From Monocercomonoides exilis PA203 (taxonomy: Eukaryota > Protista > Preaxostyla): DNA of 64,000 nucleotides. Position numbers and translations under genes: made by a program. The stretch is taken from NCBI GenBank assembly GCA_001643675.2, contig LSRY02000009.1:372001-436000 (forward strand), read 5' to 3'. Below, piece by piece: positions 60,049 through 64,000 of the stretch. The notes beneath the pieces were generated by a model. That model saw only the letters and a program-made list of their open reading frames with translations, did no database searches and was not told the origin of the DNA. Within the stretch, counting starts at the first letter, position 1. The number at the start of each line of letters is the position of its first letter.

Positions 60049-63048
60049 AGAAGAAGAAGAAGAGGAAGAGGAAGAAGAAGATGGAGAGGAAGAAGAAGAA
60101 GAAGAAGAATTAGAATAAGAAGCAACAGAATTAGGATTGCAATTTACATTCGTGTTCTGAAGTGACGAATATTGCAGTGATTCAGGTGAGATGGATGCTT
60201 GTGCAGTGTGGAAGGCAGACAAGAGCACCCTTTCAAACTCTTTTCCTCGCTGTGCAATCAAAGCAGTTGTGAGCATTTCTCTATCTTCATTCAATTTTGT
60301 GTTAGTTTCTTCTTCTTCTTCCTCCTCCTCCTCCTCCTCTTCCTCTTCTTCTTCTTCCTCCTCTTTCTTCTTCTTTGCTTTCTTTTGTTTCTCCTTCACT
60401 TTCTCCCTCAATTCTTCTTCTTCTTCTTTTCTTCTTCTTCCTCCTCCTCCTCTTCCTTCTCTTCCTCCTTTCTCGTTCACGTTCACATTCACATTCCACA
60501 CAAAAGACGAACCATTTCTTGCAATATCCACCAGCTGTGTGGCCATTGCATGGGCAGAAGAAGCAAGAAGAAGCAGGGAAGAAGGAGGAAGAGCGGAAGG
60601 AAGGGGGAAATGAGTGAAGGGACGTGTTGGGGAATGAATGATTGAAGAAGAAGAAGAAGAGGAAGAGGAAGAAGAAGCATATGATGATGTTATCACACCA
60701 TTAGCTCCATTTGATCGAGAAGGCGAAGAAAATTTTGTTTTTGCTTTGTTTTTGTTTGGTGAAGTGAAAGGTGAATGACGTGAAGGAGAAAGAGAAGGTG
60801 AATGAGAAGATGAAGATGAAGATGAAGATGAAGTGTGCTGTTTGGAAGGAGAAAGACGAAAATTGCGAGGAAGAGGAGAGGAAAAGGGGGAGAAAGAAGA
60901 AGAAGATGATGATGATGATGATGATGTGGATGGTGATAGAGTTGAATAAGAGAGAAGAATCGCTTGTGAATGAGAAGGAAGACAGCAAGTGAGAGGGATG
61001 AAGGGAGAACAATGAGCGCTATGTTGCTGTTGTTGTTGTTGAGAAAGAAGAAGAAGGGAATTGGAAGAAGAAGATGATGATTTGCTTAGTTCTTCATTCC
61101 ACGATGAAGGAAATGGAGAAGAAGAAGAAGATGATGATGATGATGAAATGTTTGTTTGTTTTCCTGGTTCCATTGCACCAGAAGAAGAAGAAGAAGAAGA
61201 ATCCAACCCCTTCCCACCTCCTCCTTTCCCCTCCTCCATCTTCCTCTTCAGCTCCGCTATTTCCCTCTGCAGTTCGAGAATTGTGTCTTTGTACTGAGAA
61301 ATGTGTGTCTCCACCGACACTTTGTTCTTCACCAGTGTTCTTGTGATGTTCTTCGCCCTGGCTGCGTATTTGAGGGTGTTGTGTGTCTCCTCATAGAACA
61401 GCGCAGACGGCGACACATTGGCAATCATCACTGTCTTCGTGTTGCCTCCCAAAGAATCCTTCAGAAGACGAGTAAGTTTGCTGTCTCTGTATGGAATGTG
61501 GATTTTTTCTGCTTCCTTCAGCGCTCCTCCGGACAGCAAGGCAGGGAGCGGTGGGGAAGCGGAGGAGGGGGGAATGGAGGAAGGAGATTGAGGAGGGGTT
61601 GTGACAGAAGAAGAAGAAAAAGAAGAAGAAGAAGAAGAGGATTCTTTTGAAGATTTTGCTTTATCTGTCTCTTGTGATGTCGAAGACTGCTGAAGTGGTG
61701 ATTGCATCTTCCCTCCTTCTCCCATCCCTTTCTTCTCTTTCTCCTTCTCCTTCATTTTCTCCTTCGCCTTCTGTGCTGCCTGCATGCTCTGCTCCTGTGC
61801 CGACAGCATCGCCATCCTCTGTGCCTGCGCCTGTGCACTCAGCGCATTGATGCAGTTTCCCAGAGCCAGCAGCGACTTGTTGATGTTCGCCCCTTCGATC
61901 ATCCGTATCCCCCTGTTCTCTGACCCCTGTGCCCGCTCTGAGCCTGCCAGGTCGATCATGCTCAGCTTCGCATGCGTCACATTCGTCACCACGCCGGGTG
62001 TGTTGTCCCGCGCCTCCAGCGACAGCTGCAGGATCGCGTGCGACCGCGACGACACCTCGTTCCGCTCTGTCGACGCCATCTTGCGCCGCGCATTGCCTTC
62101 CCTAATCAGCTCCTCCATCTGCCCTAGCTGCGTCACCGTCACCTCTGTCAGCCCAGGAATAAATACCCCTTTTTCCGGATCTTCCCGGATAAACAGCTGC
62201 TTCGCCTCGGGACGACGCTGGCTGCTTTTCCCTTTCGGCACATCGGCTCTCTGTGATGGCGAGTCTGAGCTGTTGAAAGGAGATGGGGAAGGGGATCGTG
62301 CTTTGCGGGAATAGCTTCCTATTTGCAGAGAAAACGATGCAGGAGTCGGAGATGTGCTCATTGACCGAATGTCCGAGCGCGGCTCCATTTCATCACGAGA
62401 AGGTACAAGCAGATCTTTTATGGTTTCGTTGTAAATCTCCAAAAAGGAAAGTGTAAGCTTGAATATTTGCTTGTCACTCCTTTGCTCCATTAGATGAAAA
62501 AACAACTCCCCAGTAAATGAATATAATCCTTTCACATCTGAAGGAACAGATGGAAGAAGATGACCCATCATCGTGAATGTTTTTCCAGCGCCTGTCATGC
62601 CATAACAAAAGCAGGTCGTGTTAAATCCATCGAATGTTGCTTCAACCAATGGGTAAACAGTCTTTCTGAACACCTATATTTAAAAAATATTTTAGAAAAA
62701 ATTTAAATTAAACAGCAATCGCTATTTTGAGTATATTCAAACCTCGAAATTTGTTGTATCTCCATCAAAGGCTTGATCAAATTCATACATTCGTTCTTCA
62801 CGTGTTCGTTCAATCTTTGAGTCTATTCCCTCAAATGGATCTTGTAAAAAAACAAGATTGTCCTGAATTCTAAGGATTGAACTTCGACTATAACGACTGT
62901 TTATATGTTTTTCATTTTCCAACAGTGGACGGCTTCTCACAACAACTGTGAGATGTGTCTCTTCCGTTTGATCTTGATTGTCTTTATTCAAGTTCAATGT
63001 TGGGTTGTTAATCTCTTTAACTGATATGCTTTCGTCTTTTTCAATCAT
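53215..63048 (-). CDS. Kinesin-8 (KIF18/KIF19-like), ~3,250 aa with an N-terminal motor and a huge low-complexity tail, 2 exons
   Basis: VVVRSRP, YEFD, intron 62742-62674, P-loop YGMTGAGKT, NEVSSRSH, IDLAGSER, EGANINKSLLALGNCINAL, HIPYRDSKLTRLLKDSLGGN, YEETHNTLKYAARAKNI and a neck VETHISQY typical of kinesin-8. Confidence 0.9.
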
Positions 63049-63218
63049 AATGCGTGAAAACAGACAAGGAAAAATTTACCCAACTGTCGAGAGATATTAT
63101 TGTGGTTTCATTTTTTTTTCTTTTTTCAAAACTGCATTAAATTTTTGTAGCTTGTGCAATTTATGTATGCATGAAAATGACTAACAACAATAAACAATTG
63201 TGATCAAACCGCAATAGC

Positions 63219-64000
63219 ATGAAAATGGAGTCAAGACCAATTGCAACTAATACTTCGGCTATGACGCTTGGAAACGTTAAAATGCCATTTTGGTATCGTG
63301 CGCTGTCGTTTTTTACTTCGAAAAGAATGAAGTTAATTCTTCGGATTTGCTCAATTGTGGTTCAGTCACTTTTTATCGTGGGAGTTGGATTTTTGAGCAT
63401 ATTTTTGGGAATAACATCGAAAATTTTGAAGGTAAATTATCAATCTGCTGTAACTGCATGTTTAATAAGGTATATTTTTTATTTTTTTCTTCAGTTATTG
63501 TGGATTTTCAAATTAAAAATAAATAAATATCTGAAAGTATATTGGCTGTACTGTTGATATTGTTGGAGCTCAGACTTAAGCCGATTCGCAAAACATTTCC
63601 ATACCTTCTTGTTCCTCAGTATCGGGATGGCTTGATAATATTGTTTGTTTTTGTAATTTTAAAATGAAAAAAATAAATCTGATGTTTTATTTTTGATTTA
63701 TTGCAATCAGAATGTCTTTTCTATCTATGTCTGTGTATGAAGCTTATTCAATTTACTCTTGGATTGGCTATGTTATTGGTGGTGTAATCCTTGCTTTTTC
63801 AATCATTCGTCTGGTAATTGAATCTCTTGATTCGCCAGATCCAAATTTGCAGTATACACTTTATTTGGAGGCAAAGAAAAATATGGAAGAGGCAATGGCA
63901 TCGAATCCGCCAAATGCTGTGCAAAGTTCTTCTTCTTTTATGCAACCATCATCAGCAACTCCTGAAGCACGATCATCAAATGCAAATTCGGAATCATTTT
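63219..64000 (+). CDS. Small multi-pass membrane protein, possibly COPI-associated/TVP15-like; runs off the window
   Basis: Spliced frame ...ILRICSIVVQSLFIVGVGFLSIF...|ILAVLLILLELRLKPIRKTFPYLLVPQYRDGLIIL|MSFLSM...IGGVILAFSIIRL gives about 4 TM segments with an E-x8-F-x-(F/Y)L pattern. Confidence 0.5.

Noticed and set aside
53193-62314. Dozens of antisense and alternative-frame ORFs over the kinesin (likewise over ZNF598)
   Set aside because: They are by-products of stop-free GAA/TCT/GAG microsatellites (poly-E/L/R/F) with no domains.
1-64000. tRNA, rRNA or snRNA genes
   Set aside because: I recognised no cloverleaf, rRNA or snRNA signature by eye. A covariance-model scan (tRNAscan-SE, Infernal/Rfam) is needed to exclude divergent ones.

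Overview
AT-rich eukaryotic DNA with short spliceosomal introns and proteins full of poly-Ser/poly-Glu tracts. The style suggests an oxymonad protist such as Monocercomonoides, which is an inference I have not verified. Housekeeping genes sit at both ends: an FHA-domain protein, a Rad23-like protein and Arp2 on the left; ZNF598/Hel2, an MIT-like protein, an ER FKBP, a papain-family protease, a giant kinesin-8 and a small membrane protein on the right. The middle (~5-33 kb) is an accessory zone with three copies of a lineage-specific gene family (one a pseudogene), decayed gene fragments and many non-coding inverted-repeat transposons. The main discovery is this transposon system. (i) Five different-sequence families of ~1.0-kb foldback elements share TA|GGGT...CCC|TA ends, very long arms and a tandem pair of subterminal motifs. 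(ii) Several ~250-bp MITEs have GGG...CCC ends and 4-bp A-W-N-T target-site duplications. (iii) A possible 5-kb 'Pack'-type element encloses gene fragments. (iv) Footprints of template switching or conversion between inverted repeats appear at three scales: a 5-bp micro-inversion, arm-to-arm homogenisation, and a 5.3-kb inverted triplication (A-S-B'-S'-A-S-B) that needs read-level validation. I found no intact transposase, RNA gene or CRISPR array.
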